A stretch of 62,597 nt of DNA, filler included, from Atractiella rhizophila (GCA_021432655.1; 4 parts of 4 records of this genome joined end to end with filler, not necessarily neighbours in it), one strand, 5' to 3'; positions 11,799 to 25,480 are shown, counted from the whole stretch's first letter. Notes: a model not told the origin generated them from the letters alone. Made by a program: numbers and translations.

Positions 11799-13240
11799 AT
11801 GAACTTCGCTTCCACTCTTGCTCCTTGGAGTCAGCCCCAGTTTCTTCTTGCAATCTGCCTTGTCACAACAATGTCGGGTGTTATTGTCCCTGCAATGAGG
11901 TTTGCGAAGACGGTTTATTACTTGACACGTTCTGGTATGCAAATTTCCGTAATTTGCCACAAAGCCATGCCTGATCCAAGATGGTGCGCGCACAGACTTC
12001 AAAACTGTCATGGTACGTTTTACCTCCCTGTTTTGGCACAAGATTGCTAACCTCATACATAGCTTCCAATTGTACGCTCCTCCTGGCAATGGTGACAAGT
12101 GGGATTCTCAGTTTTCACAGCTCGTCTTCTCCCAATCCGTTGTCGCCTGGCATTCAACAACTCGCTTTCTAGCCACCGCTCTCTGGCTCTACATGGTGTT
12201 GATAGAGTTTTGCCTTTCAAACCAAAGCTCAGGTTCGTTCATTGCCTTTTGCGCTAGAGCAGGCGCACTGATTTTGGGAGCAGGTGATTCGCCAGTGGAA
12301 GATGCTCACAATAAACCATATCGTCCTATCCCCTCCGGTCTCATGTCCGTAGAAACTGCTCGTAGGCTCCGGTACATCATACCGTTCGTTAATGCCGTCC
12401 TCAGCCATTACCTCGGGTACGTAGTTCCCTAACATCCTCAGAGCACAAAGGAGTTGATCTGGTGGTCCAAAGAGGTCGACTCGCTGTGCTTGCATCCGTG
12501 ACGTTGACTGTGATAGACACACTGCACAATGACATAGGTCTTGCCCGCCAATGGTGGGGTAAATCGTTGCTGGCTGCAAGCTGCTACCCAATGGGTGAGA
12601 CTCTTTACGCAACAAGGAAATTTGGCCAACATTGTGCTTGTATTAGGAGAGCTAGGCACAATAGCAGTTGCTCGTAAGTTGCCAATTCTTTGTTCGGAAT
12701 GTTGATTGTGACACATGGATAGGAGCTGGCTCTACTGTTAACCTGCATCAGTTGATTGCAGTAGCAGTCTCAGGTCCGTTCTGAGATCATTGACAGCGAT
12801 TTCCTGACTAAAGAAACGCAGCGATCGTGAACATCACCACAATTCACGCCCAAGATACCCCTGATGTTATCGGAGATGCTGAAGCTGGCAGGAAAACGCT
12901 TCCGATACTGTATCCAACAATTTCTCGAGCAAGCATACCACTGGTTTTATTAGCCTCAACTCTAGGCGTGATGCAGATATCGGATGCACATCCTGCGTTC
13001 GTATGGCTCATGGTCATTTTCTGCTTCATCACCAGCTTGAGATACATTCTGGTGCGCCGGCCAGAGAAAGAGATGCCGTCGTTTGTATTGTATGCCGTAA
13101 GTCCAAATTCCTCTCTGAGACTAGGCTGAATTTGTTGAGAACAGGTTTGGTTGAGCTTACTGCATTGCAGTCTGAGCTCGCTCAAGGACGACATTCTGTC
13201 AAACGGCTTGACCATGCGGACAGACCTGCTCCAGTTTTGA
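11799..13240 (+). CDS. UbiA-superfamily membrane prenyltransferase / UbiA-type terpene cyclase candidate
   Basis: SDFKTV; NQ...EDAHNKPYRPIPSG; HAQDTPDVIGDAEAGRKTLP; many hydrophobic segments; 9-nt micro-exon at 12063-12071. Confidence 0.88.
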
Positions 13241-14035
13241 TTGTTCAGCCAGCTATAAGCATGTGCCATTAGACACCGTCTTGCAGTTCTACACACCTTC
13301 AACTTTGTCCCCGGATGCATTAGATGTCTTATTATTTCTTGGTTTACACATCAGTCGGTAGAATGTGTATTTCTGTCCTCAGCTTCACCTGCTTCGTATC
13401 ATCAATGTTGTTCTTTTACGGATCGAAGCAGTTCTTCATCTGGCAATTTTTCTCAAAAGCATTATTCACTTTTCCACGAAGAATAATGAACTTGAACATG
13501 TCTACCATCGCGGACAGAGTAACGGAGGTATGAGGAAAGGTTTCAATAGCAATCATCATATACCCTTTACAGCATGTGTCTCTGAATCACACTAAACTCA
13601 GACGCCTGTGATAACATTGGGCTGACATTTGAAATATCCGACATTGACACAACCTTTCCGTCCGATAAGACTCCGAACCATGCTACCAGCGCAAGGTGCT
13701 AGATATACTTTTCATTACGCTGAAAGCTTACAAGTTATCCCCATCCGTATTCATGCCGACTCATTTAGGGCACTCGTGCGTCGGCTCGGCGAGACTCTCG
13801 TGAGGGAATATTGTTTTACAGTCTTCCCTCGCAACTAAGTATGTGTAGGATCGTCATCAAACATTGTCACATTGATGGCGCCGAATGCGCGAAGGAGGCG
13901 AAGCATTCTGCTGAGATTGCAGCTTCATCTCTTCAGCCCTTATAAGCAACGAAATCGACCTACCCCTTCTTCTAGACCGTTAGTTGGAGAGTGAGATAGA
14001 TACCAGCATTAAATAGATTGTTGATACCATAGATC

Positions 14036-15783
14036 ATGACCCTTGTTGAAGATACTGCAGGTACCCTTTGTGAGTACCTTATATCCATTGAATGGCTTTA
14101 CATTGACATTGTGGGCATAATAGTGATCGGATCATGGGTCAATACAGCGCTTTGGGCATTTGAGATGGCTCTTGCCTATCTTTATTTCAAGAAATGGACT
14201 AGCGATTTTGTTGTCCTCCAGATCGCTGTAGTCTTGGTGCGCCTTTCATATCCCATCTGAAAAAGGACTAAGAAAATGCCAGGTGGGTGTGTCGGACACA
14301 CTTTGTACTATTGCCAGCCAGATTGGTATGCTTTCCCTGACCTAGCTTGTCGTTAAACTGAGTAACAAACAGGTGTTTATGATGTCTGCATTTCCAAATT
14401 GAAGCCGAGCGCAACTGACCAACATACAGTACACCATATCACATTGGGGTCGTGAGTTTTGGTTTCTCTTACACTGCTGGGAATTGACATATCTTCAGAG
14501 GACGCATACCTCGCGACGCAAGTGTGTTTATTCCTTTCGAATGGGTCACACTGTTGCTGATCGTGTGTCCAGCATTGGCCCATCCCAAGTTCGTTCTCCA
14601 CTCTTACCCGTTATGCCTCTGATCTGGCTGGCGCCAGCTTACCTCATTTCTACCGCTGTCACTTCCCTGATCGTCCAGACCTACCTGTGCCATAGATACT
14701 GGCAATTAAGCTCGAACAACTTTGTGTCCATCGTTCTCGCTCTACTGACCCTAGTCTCCGTATGTTTGTCTTCGAGCGATTTATGGGATACTGACATTGT
14801 TCACAGTTCGGAGGAAACATTGGTCTGTGGCGATTTTTAAGAAAGCAATGTCTCTGATACCTACTCTAGCCGTCTGCGTTGCCGTTCTCCGATATACGTC
14901 TTACTTGGACAGGAATAAAATTATTCCTCAGGTCATGTTCGTCGTCCCTTGCCAGAGCATTCGAAGGAAATGGCTTATCTCTCTTCTGCCAGAGTTTTGG
15001 TTTTGCACGAAGGCAGCCACAGGTCAGCAATCCGCTCACTGAGGGGAACAATACTTTCTAAGCTCACTTTGGAAACTAGACATTTCCATTTGCGGCGCCT
15101 TGATCTGGTACCTCATCCAAAGTAAAAGACGGGTTATTTCTGAGGATCGACGATCGCTAACGGTGCAGATAACTGGGCACGCTATTGAAACAGGTATGTC
15201 TACTCGCAGTGCATGTAACTAAGGCTAATGTATACTAGGTTTTGTTACATCTCTTGCCTGTTCGTTTTGCACGCTCTTTGCAAGCAAGCGCTAATTTTAT
15301 TCTGCCATGACAGCATTGGCAGCTTTCAGTAAGTGAGCCCTCACTTTGCACAAAAATGACTTATACTTGATCGCAGTTCTCTTTGTACGCAATAACAACA
15401 CCAACGCGTCCACTGCGGTAGGACAATCCCTGGGACGGCTTTGTAAGACGGCTTTCTTTCTCTAACGGTTGTCTAACCCGCTGCTTTAGACGGGCTTTGC
15501 CTCCTCTTTAATCTTTTGTACCGGAAACTGATCTTGGTGGACGACCCTTTTCACCAGTCTTCCCCTTCCACAACGAACAAGGATGACAGCAGAGTGGTTA
15601 TCCATAAGAATGTTCATGTGTCCACTCTTCCGGTATGCTTTTCTTATTCACGGTCACTACGAGCAGAAGGGTACTGAAACATTTAACATACAGGCAGGGG
15701 CCGCGTCTTATTCGGTTGATCTGCACAAGAAAGGGCAACCTGATGATTATCTAGATGATAAACGCGTGCCAGTCATTGCATAA
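14036..15783 (+). CDS. Multi-pass membrane protein, DUF6534-like, many short exons
   Basis: IGSWVNTALWAFEMALAYLYFKKWTSD, STAVTSLIVQTYLCHRYWQLS, DISICGALIWYL, AIETG, GQSLGRL. These motifs are typical of the family. Confidence 0.7.
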
Positions 15784-16559
15784 CCGTTGTTTGTACTCTA
15801 TGCGAATTCACACTCTTTTTCTCTCGAGTGCCCTCAGACGATGATCCATCATGGGAGATGGCCGATACTGCGCAGAGAGCGCAGTCGAGAGAGGTTGAGG
15901 CTCGAAGGGTTTATCTTTTTGCTTATTCTCAGAGTTGAAAGCAAATCTTCATTTTGGCCGAGTCCAGCGTTGCTTAGGACGAAGGAAGCCTTGGATGGGA
16001 TGGCCTTGCCATGCTGAGATCACGTAAGTGAGAAATGTTATACTTGCATTCCAGGTATTAGCAGCTTGTCCAAAGAACAATCAGGAACTTGAAGCTCGTA
16101 AAAAATCAGAGACACTTCTGAAGATTTCATGAGGTCAAAGCGACTAAATTGGTCCCTTTTTGATCCTATCCTAAGTAACTGTAAAGCGCAGAGAAATACA
16201 ACAGGCACCGCAAACAGATACCACTAAGTACTGAAGACCAAGGAATAAAAATGTAGACTTTAGGTGTGGACGATAGCTACGAACAGACGTTACGGATTAA
16301 GATTTTGTTTTGTTTTTTACCGAAGCCAACGAAGGGGAACGTAGGGATGAGAAACGAAGGAGGATATTGAGGTAAGCAATAGTAGAAGGCATGGCGAACG
16401 GAAGGATGGTGGTTGATTGGTTGCGTATATCGATGGATGGGTGGTTGTTTGATGAGTGGACAAATGTTGAAGCAAACAACAAGCAAAGCACTTCGAAACA
16501 GAAAACAACGCACTGATTCTCCCACACCTTTCATTTTTATCCTTTTAGGATAGCTAGAT

Positions 16560-19214
16560 CTAGACCGTCAACTCCCTTTCCTTCTTGTCCAAATGGTCCC
16601 TCTGTCCATGTGCAAACGGTGCAGACGCCTCCAACACCCTCTCCTTCTGATCCTCCTTCTCCTTCTCCCGCAGGCTCTCGCCATCATGTTCCTTCTCTTT
16701 CGTGCCAAGATCCGACGATGAGATGTCGTGCAAGTCCTCGTCTTCCTTGTCAGGGAAAGTAGCGAGGATGGGGGCGTCGACAAATGTCTCGGTTGGAGGC
16801 CAGAAATACGAGAGTAGAGAATAGATGATGATAGTGAGGACGATGCCCCAGAGCCAACCGACGAGGAAGATCCATTCTATCGATCCCACATGCACTGAAT
16901 CGCATCGCATTCAATCAGCATTCGACGGAAACATTCAAGTATAGAGAAGAGACGCGAACCATCTGGGTTGATCGATTGAATCAATCCAGGGAATGTGGGA
17001 GGTACGACGAGGAGAAGTGTAAGGCCAGCGCGCCAGTTAAATCCACCCTGTCATCACGAACCTTTGCATCAGCCAAGCATTCCGTGTTTCCATCGCAAAA
17101 TAGAAGGAAAGCGCACATAATATCTGTACCTTCCATGCGGATTGTAAATGGCCGGAACGTCGACTTTCCACCTTCTCAAGATCCAAAAGTCGGCAACCAT
17201 CAGTCCAGCAAAGGGACCAAGGAAGATCTGCCCAAACCAGAATGAGAGACCAAGGACGCAAAGAACAGGTGATACCCACCGTGTATCCGTTCATAAAGGT
17301 CAAGAAATTCTTTCCAGTGCTCAAAATCTTCCAGGGAGCCATACACCATCCACCGATAAGCGCACAAATGATCGATCCTCTCCTGATATTGATCCATCTG
17401 GGGAACAGAGTCATCAGGTCTATCACGACGAACCACGAATAATGCATCAATTTTTACTCTTGAGAAAAGAGAGAACGAGGCGCACCGTTGGCACCACTGA
17501 TCGTGTTACCCGTCACATTGACCGAGATCTGAGCAACGGCCCATGCGGCAGAAGCGAAGAAGACAGCAGCTCTGGAATCCCACTTGGCAATGATGGCGAA
17601 TGGGGACCAAAGATAAGTGCCGTAGACATCGTGAGAGCAAGAGGCACCAATGATACCGAAGAGGCCAGTGATGAGATAGAAGAAGGGGAGGGTGACCAGT
17701 TGGAACCACTGCCAAAGTGGGCGCTTGGTATAACGAGAGAAGTCGGGACTACATGTCATTCATTCTTAAGGTTCTTTCTCGTAGAGGAGTCGGGGAAACG
17801 TACATGTTCACTGCTACGGTGGAGTAACCGCCGATGACGGAGTTGAGAGAGAACAACCAAGCGTGAGTGAACGCGGTGCCATGCACTTGGGACTTCGCAG
17901 CAAGAAGGGCTCCTCCTCCTCCGGCCTTGTCAGCGATCCAAGCAACGGTGGCGATCATGACGCTAAATTTTGGCCGTGAACACAGCTACATACTTGGACA
18001 AGAGAAGATACGCTTACGCAGGCACAACCAGGACTTTAAGGATGAAGAGGAAGCGGAGTTTGGAGGGATGAATGAGGAGGAAGGGGTACTGCAAGAGCCA
18101 GAAGAGGAAGCTATAGTTAAAAATCGCCTTAGAATTATTCTTTTAAGTTTGATGAAAAGTGACATACTAGGAAAGCAATTGCTGACTCGTCACTCCACCT
18201 CCCTTTGGGAGATGATTGGGGAAGTGAGCATAAGAGGGCCAAATAGCGCGAATCATGCCAGTGATTGCAGATCCACCTGTGGCGCCAAGTCGATCAAATT
18301 TGCACACAGCGAATCAGAAAAATAGGGAGGCATACCATTCCAAGTATTGATGCCGAACCAAAACCAACTCAATATCAACCTAGAAACGACGGCAAAGAGT
18401 GAAAAGTAATATCCGAATGATGTGCGAACGGTCATCGGGAAGGGAATGTGAAGGTAGGCGCCCATCGCACCATTGAGGACCATCGCTGCAGTGCATAAAT
18501 GAGTGCCGTAGAGGGATGGAGAGAGAAAAGGAGCAGCATACGAATGGACAAGAGGAAGGAGCCAAGCGCCATGATTCCCATGGATTGGCGCCAATCAAGG
18601 CCGAGCGCGACGATTGAACTGCCAAGCATCACCATCCGTCCACCGTTTAGTAATCGCTTCTTTGCTTCTCTACCTACTGGCTGTAGGTGGAGAGACAGGA
18701 TAACTTACGCAGCTTTTTGCCAGATGGTTGCGGTGAGAAGGTCGGAGAACCAGTAGGCAGCTGTTCGTTACAGCTTTGTAAGCACCCCTGCAACGACTCG
18801 AGAAGAGGAAAGAGAGAAACGGCGCACCCCATGTCCAGAAACCCCATGTTCGCTGCCATGGTGGTGTCGGATCCATATCGGCATTGGTATCCACTCCCTG
18901 CTCAACCCAACCAGCAAATCCGGCCAAGATTCAGGGCACCATCCGAAACGTAACATCACGGTGGCGAGGTGAGATGTGCCATCCAAGCAATCAATAAAAA
19001 AGCAACATGCAAAAGCAATGTCAGAATCTCCATCGACCAGCCATGTACAGATAAGGTGTAACGATGGGAGACGCACATCAGGAGCATAGGTGCTCTTGGA
19101 TCTTGGCAGTTTCCAAGCGCTGATAGAAGTCGACTTGGACTTCACCTCCTCCACCTTCCTCTCCCATCTCTCCCCCGCCCTCTGTCGCAAGTCGCTGGCG
19201 TTGAGATTGACCAT
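16560..19214 (-). CDS. NCS1-family nucleobase/allantoin/uracil permease (Fur4/Dal4-like)
   Basis: NADMDPTPPWQRTW, MGAYLHIPFPMTVRTSFG, PDFSRY, DLMTLFPRWINIRRG, MAPWKIL; acidic C-terminal tail. Confidence 0.92.
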
Positions 19215-20668
19215 CTGTTACTATCCGTTTTCTTCTCGCACCTTTTAACGGGTAACGATAAGTCGTTACGTATAGACGTCGGAGTGTGGTTGTTAAACCT
19301 GGATTGACCCTAGATTGACCTCAAGTGAAGTGAAAGGCTGAAAGGGAAACACGAAGGAAAGGAGGGTTTTTATGTTTTGGACGGAGCAGTTCTCCTCACG
19401 TCCTCGCAGCAAGTTTGAGCCTGAGATCGAATAAGGTTTACTACCCAACTTTCCAAACTTTCTTTAACCCTCTCAGAAACAAGCTCGAGAGCCGTGCTCA
19501 ATACATCGCTTACAGTTCCCTCAAGAATTAAGCCCCCATTCGTCTGTCAAAGAAGAACCTTTGCCGATCTCCCATTCAGTGCTTGATATTGCACTTTGCC
19601 CGGGATGAATGTTCTCGTGCTCCACGCGGCCGACACTTGCTGTCTCTGTTGGACTTCATTCAATGCTATTACGAATCGTCGCGAAGAAGTCGCGAAGCTT
19701 GTCGGCAAGCCAGGGCAACACAAAGGGGAGCAGCAAACAGATGCCAAATGAGGAACCTGCTGATTTCCTCGATTTTCTTGAATTCAATTCGGCTCCTGGA
19801 AATCCCTGCCCACTTTTCTCTCATCTCATTTCATTATGATCCAGAGGTTCGATCCAGTCTCAATCTACAACCTGTACAGTGGAGAAGGTGCAAGAAGAGT
19901 AGCTGTCAAAACGACTGAGCTTGTAAATAGGAAAGGAAGGCCGTGATGACATCTCTTCATTGGAAAGTTCAGGTTCTGAGCTAAAGAGGTGCGTCACGCA
20001 ACGAACGTGCGGACGTCTGGTGCGCTTGAGCTTGAATTTTGACATTAGACTTGATTAGACAGAAGCCAGAATGTAAGGGCCTGTCGCGGTCAAGCATCAA
20101 GATGTCAAAGCATTACCGATGGAGGTTGCGGGAGTGTTGCAGTTTGTTATGTCCCAAGTAGATCCAAGTGTAGTGAAGATTGAAGGTGAAGGAGAGATAT
20201 GATCGAGGAACTGGAGAGGCTGGGAAAGGCTTTTGGTGCCCTGCATGAAGGCATGAAGGTGATAAAGCGATAATTCAGTGTTCGAGTTTGGGGTCTAGTT
20301 CGATCGTTGGGGATAGTGCAGCTCGTGCATTGCATGACTGAAATAAGGATTGACAGAAATATTGAAAAGTGATGGAGTTCAGTCTGCATGAGAGTCGATC
20401 ACGATCATTTTGCACCACGGCCGTGAAAATGCATGTAAAATGGGGTCAAGTCTTTACATTGTCCTGTCCTTGAATTGATCAGTTATCAGCTCCGCCTCTG
20501 TGTACATAAGCAGCATTGGTCATCGCACCTTATTCTCGCACCATTGGCCCCAAGATGATTCCATTCCTATTGATCCAAATGCGTAAATGCTCTTTAATTT
20601 ATCTCAACTTGAATCTAGAGTGAGAACAAAGCAGAAAGGGCGAGACGAACGTTGTGATCACGGTTCCG

Positions 20669-22314
20669 TCAGGACGAGCCATCCCTCACCATCCTCGCCC
20701 AGACATCCAATGCGACCCCATCCATCTCCTTCAACTTCTTCTCCTCCACCCTCCTCTCCTCCTTCTTCCCCTCATTTCTTGCCGCCATTTCCTCCCACTT
20801 CCTCTTCCCCGTAGCTCCGCCAGTCACTACCACTACCCCGCTCCCAGTCTCACCATTCATACCGTCATTCGCGTCTCCAGAAGCGGAAGGAAGTTTGAGG
20901 GGATGTGCAGGCGTGGTCGACCCCGGCACCCAACCGTCCGCTTCTACGTCTACCCAACTCACTCTCATTCCCTTCGGCACTTTCTCCTTGTCCATCTCGC
21001 TCGGCGCGGGTGTTGGGGGGAGCGGCTTGCGATTTCTCTTGCTCCTTGCCGCTGTGAGTTCGGGAGTGGCTGGTGGTAAAGCTCCAACTGCTACTGTCTC
21101 TCCTTCTCCTTCTCCGTCGTCGCCGTTAAGACCTGTGTCTGAGAAACGGATTTTTCGTGGTGCCTGAGCCTTGGTCGATGTACCGTTTGAGGTCGAGGAA
21201 TGGAGAGAGGACAAAGAGTGTTGACGCAAGATGGACCGCCTTTTATTCTTGTTCTCCTTGAGAAGCGAAAACATGTTTCCTATCCCTTCTTCCGTTCTTG
21301 CATCTGTCTTTTCCATCTCTACATCTTCATCTCCACCTCCACCTCCATCAATCTTTCCTCCGCTGTCCTCTGTTATAGACATCGATGACGACGCAGTAAT
21401 GCTAGGGGCCGTTCCATTCTCCAACGCCTTCTTCCTCGCCCTCCGCCTTGCATTTCGCAGCTGCGTCCTGCTCTGTCCCTCTCTCGGCGGCGCAGGATGA
21501 GGCTGAAGAGTAGATGTACTAGTGTGTTTGCGTCCGACGAAAGTGAGTGGGAAATCTGGTGGAGCAGGAGGGAGAGTAAGCGAGGAGATGGAAGACTCGC
21601 TCTTGTTCGTCTTGTCGTGAAGAGGAAAAGAAGGCGAGTTCTGAGAGGGGATGAGGTGTGTTGGGGAGCGTTTTTGAGATGAAGAGGATGTACTCGAGGA
21701 TGAGGAGGAGGAGGAGGATGAAGAAGAGCTGGAGCTGGAGGAAGAGGTGGATGAGGATCGTGCGCGGCGTTTTGCGATTAATTCAGGTTTGGACTTTGGA
21801 GAAGTTTTCGTTGTTTTAGTGCGTTTTGAGGAGGATGATTTCGAGTCCGAAGCGGACGAGGAAGAGGAGGAGGAAGAGGAGGAAGAGCTTCGTGATGGTG
21901 AAGATGGTGGGGAAGGATCGAGTTTTCTTTTCTTCCTTGGTGGCTCCTCAACGTCGTCTTCATTGGAATTGACTATTGATCTATGTACAACATGTCTTAC
22001 CATTAGTCTATTTCAAGTGAGAGAAAGAACACAAACACGCAGACTACGTCCTTTTCCTACAAAAAAAGTTCAGCCATCCAGAATTTCGTGAGAGAGCGAG
22101 TAAAGCATACGAAATCAACCACCTCCCCTACTGAGCTCCCATCCAACAGTTCAAACCCCTCGACCTCCAACGTCAGCCTCCTTTGCTTTTCTTTCAAAGC
22201 TGGAAAGTTGGAAAGGACGAGCTTCTTCAATTCCTTGATGGTGAGCGAGGAAGATGGGAGGGGAAGCCATGCTTTCGTTGTCGGAGTTATGAGGCGGAGA
22301 CGCGTTGGAGCCAT
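20669..22314 (-). CDS. Coilin-like (Mug174-type) Ser/Lys-rich nuclear protein; 3' exons below 20669 unresolved
   Basis: N-terminal RLRL...TIKELKKLV...LEVEGFELL domain, long poly-Ser tracts, and a GQSRTQLRNARRRARKK motif as in fungal coilins. Recognised from memory of the family, not from a search. Confidence 0.6.
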
Positions 22315-22548
22315 TGAACTCTCCTTTCCTCTGCGCCTACCAGTTACTTCTGCTTAAGAACAACTTCAGTGGAAAAGTTGGGTCTGAAGTTTGCACTGTC
22401 TCTGTTTGGAGAGAAGTGGGTACAGATAACATGACTCATGTACGCCCAGCATTTTCAACTCACCTCTTCCTCTTCCTGGACCGTCTAACCCGCAACACGC
22501 CAGCTCACGTTTAGGAGAAAGGGTTGTAACATTAGAAAGGAAGAAACC

Positions 22549-23397
22549 ATGGCAACAGATATTGTGGGACAGACTGTAAATATCACGGTAGAATTCGGGT
22601 GCGTCCTTTCTCAGGTTGTTGTTCTCATAAGGAAGAAGAGATACTTCTTTCGTCCGATAAACAACAAAAGAAGAGATTGTAAAGAGCATAAATTTGATGC
22701 ATTGAGGTAACGTCGCTATGGCCAAAATCGTCACCTAACTGTTGTATGTTCATGTTGGCATTGTGCCACTATTGAAAAGTGACGACGAATCCTCAGGGTT
22801 GCTACATGTGAACTGGCTACACGCCGGCATCATCTTACAATAAAAAAGAATCGCTCTTCCTTATCCTCCTTTTGTGTCAAAGGAGATTACTTTGTTCCCA
22901 ACAACTTTCTACATGATGTTGTTCCCTTCTATCGGATATGGGATTCAAGCCTCATCTTCTCAATAGTGGCGGAATGGATGCACTCTTCTCCAATAAGAAA
23001 CGACACCAACTGTCCCTCCCATCATCCTATCTTCCTTCTACCCTACCCTCTTCGTCCTCCAATGCAGACAGTTCGGCGATAAAAGGTGAAGGAGAGAAAC
23101 GAACTGACATCCGTTATCTCATCTCTTACCTCCTACACCACCATCTGTCCGACAAGAATCGACCTGAGCTCTTTGCACAAGGAGAGAGCGTGTGCGTCCC
23201 TCACTCATCCCTCATACCTATCCTGCTCTATTCTGCTTTCCCATTTTCTGTCATAATCTGATATCTGGTCGGTTTGCAGTCGACCGGGGATATTAGTCTT
23301 GATCAATAGCACCGATTGGGAGTTGGAGGGCGAACTCGAGTATGAAGTGAAGGACGGAGATGAGGTCGTGTTCATTAGCACACTGCATGGCGGTTGA
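22549..23397 (+). CDS. URM1: Ubiquitin-related modifier Urm1
   Basis: [30 protein letters not shown]...[49 protein letters not shown]. First intron 22599-22966. Confidence 0.95.
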
Positions 23398-24569
23398 CTT
23401 CCTACTGCCAAACTTTTGCTCTTTTCGTCGCCTTGTCCTTCTCACTTCGGATTGACAGACTTAGGAGAAGCAGAAAACATATATAAACGACATATTCGGG
23501 AGAAGGTCCAACGCGTAAAGCAAACGCAGTTCGCAGGATACAGGCTTTGCCTTTATGTAGCCTGTGATCCGGGTCTATCCTCCTGGTATGGAGGCGGCGC
23601 TGAGGTGAAACTGACAGAATGTTCATTGATTCCTGAATCTATCCCAAAGTAGGATCAAAAGCAGCCTTGAAGGGGATCTCTCAAAGCTCCTTCCCTTGAG
23701 CCTTCCATGCAGTGCGGAACCGAATCTTTGGCGCTGTCCTCGAGACCAAGCAATCTGAATGTTTCAATCAATATGTTTCTAAAAGTGCGAGGGGATACCA
23801 GAGGAAGGAAAGAATCTCCTCTTCCATCGCAGACTGCAGGAGGTAGCAAATTCAAGTGACGGGGAGAGCATATTCTTTTCCTCCTCTATAAACGTTCCAG
23901 TCCGTCAACCGCAATGGACTGTGGTGCCTTGGAGTTAGTTCTTAGCATCCCAATGCCCCTGTCTATGACATTACGATTACACGAATGAGCGCCTGAACAG
24001 CGACTTTTTCTTCCAATTCTTACATTTGACATGAGTTGACTCGCATTTCCATCTGCCTTCAGGTATCTTCCTCGACGCATATTGGCGAAGATTGAGTAAT
24101 CCGTCAAAGGTGCAAATGGGTTTCCCTCAAAAGGCCTTCCAGGTATACTGTCGACAAACACTACTGGGATGCCGCTTGTGATGACACTGTTTGTTGCACT
24201 GCGATTTGGAGGTGAACATTCCAAAGCTCGCTTTGCATAACAATTTCGCATATTTGCTCTCTTCTCCTCGTCAACCATGACTCTTCTGCAACAGTTTCTT
24301 GAGCCAAAGGAACTTCACTGTCTCATGACTGTGAGAACCCAGTACACCTATCAACGTTTTGTTCGAAAGTGCTCTTGATTCTCGTCAGCTTTGGTCAATC
24401 GTACCGATATCATTATGCGACTGCCTATCGATTATGAATGTTCCGGTAAATATCTGACAGCGACACCAAGCGTCTTATTGCTGAGCTACACTATAAGAAG
24501 AGGATGGTGGACCAAGCAAATCTGCTATCTCCTAGTTGTTTCAAATAGGACTCTCTCCAAACCGAGATT

Positions 24570-25480
24570 GGAATATTACGAGAACTATTACTGCCAAAAC
24601 CAAAGTGTCCGCGTCTGAAATGCCAGACAAAACTGGCAAGTTATTTCTCATTACAGGCGGGACATCAGGTTCGTCAAATTCCTTCACCATTCTCTGGTCC
24701 CCTTTTTAATGTCCCAGACAGAATATAGGTGCTTAACAGTGAAACATCTTGAAAAACATGCGACTGTTTACATCTGCGCAGGCAGACTGAAACAACTTTT
24801 GAGAACCTGAGGAAAGAGGCCACTTAACCCAAGAGACAAGTAAAATATTTGGAGATGGAAATGTGCGATTTGAGGATGCTACAACGCGCTGCCCAAACAT
24901 TTCTGACGTGCGCCAACTTTACTCTTGAAGTTCTTCCACAACTCTGAATCTGACAGTACGGAGCATAAACTCGATGTCCTGATCAGTAATACGTTCGTAT
25001 TTCTGGTTGTTGTTCGTATCACTGACTCTTTCTTACGCAGTGGAATCTGGCGGCTTGCAGCTCGCCGCGCAGATTAGGATCTGACCTTTGGGGTCAATGT
25101 ACCTGGGCTCCATGTCTCGCACGCCGAAGTCGCCCATTGTCTCACTAGCCTCCCTTCCACATTACAAAACGGGAAAAGATGGTTGATTATAATACCCTCA
25201 ATGACGGACCAGCGAGAAGAGCCATGATGCCGCACATACGCTATTGCCAGAGTAAATAGGTGCGGTATTCTATTCTACATTGCAAAAAGACTGAGTTCTG
25301 TATGAGGGCTCTCATCCTCTCTCAACTTACCTCGGTTCCCCAAGGTAAGGGACAAAGCATAACGCTCATAATTCAGGTTGGTTTCGCAGTTAGAATGCAC
25401 GCACGCTCATGAAGTCTACAGGAAACTGCAAAACAGATATGACGAGAGGCGAGGCTGCTGGTCCAATCAAGGTCCTCTTT
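24570..25480 (+). pseudogene. Decayed short-chain dehydrogenase (retinol-DH/WWOX-like SDR)
   Basis: MPDKTGKLFLITGGTSG, HATVYI, MCDLRMLQRAAQTFL, KLDVLISN, LTFGVN and YCQSK* fragments, interrupted by stops and frameshifts. Confidence 0.75.

Noticed and set aside
17148..18325. Long + strand ORFs (229 and 152 aa)
   Set aside because: Antisense to the NCS1 permease coding exons.
19215..20100. TPP riboswitch upstream of the NCS1 permease
   Set aside because: CTGAGA occurs, but without the downstream TGAACTTGATC...TAATACCAGCG core on either strand.
23655..24278. 130-aa and 66-aa minus-strand ORFs downstream of URM1
   Set aside because: No recognisable motif or convincing splice structure, so they cannot be supported as a gene.
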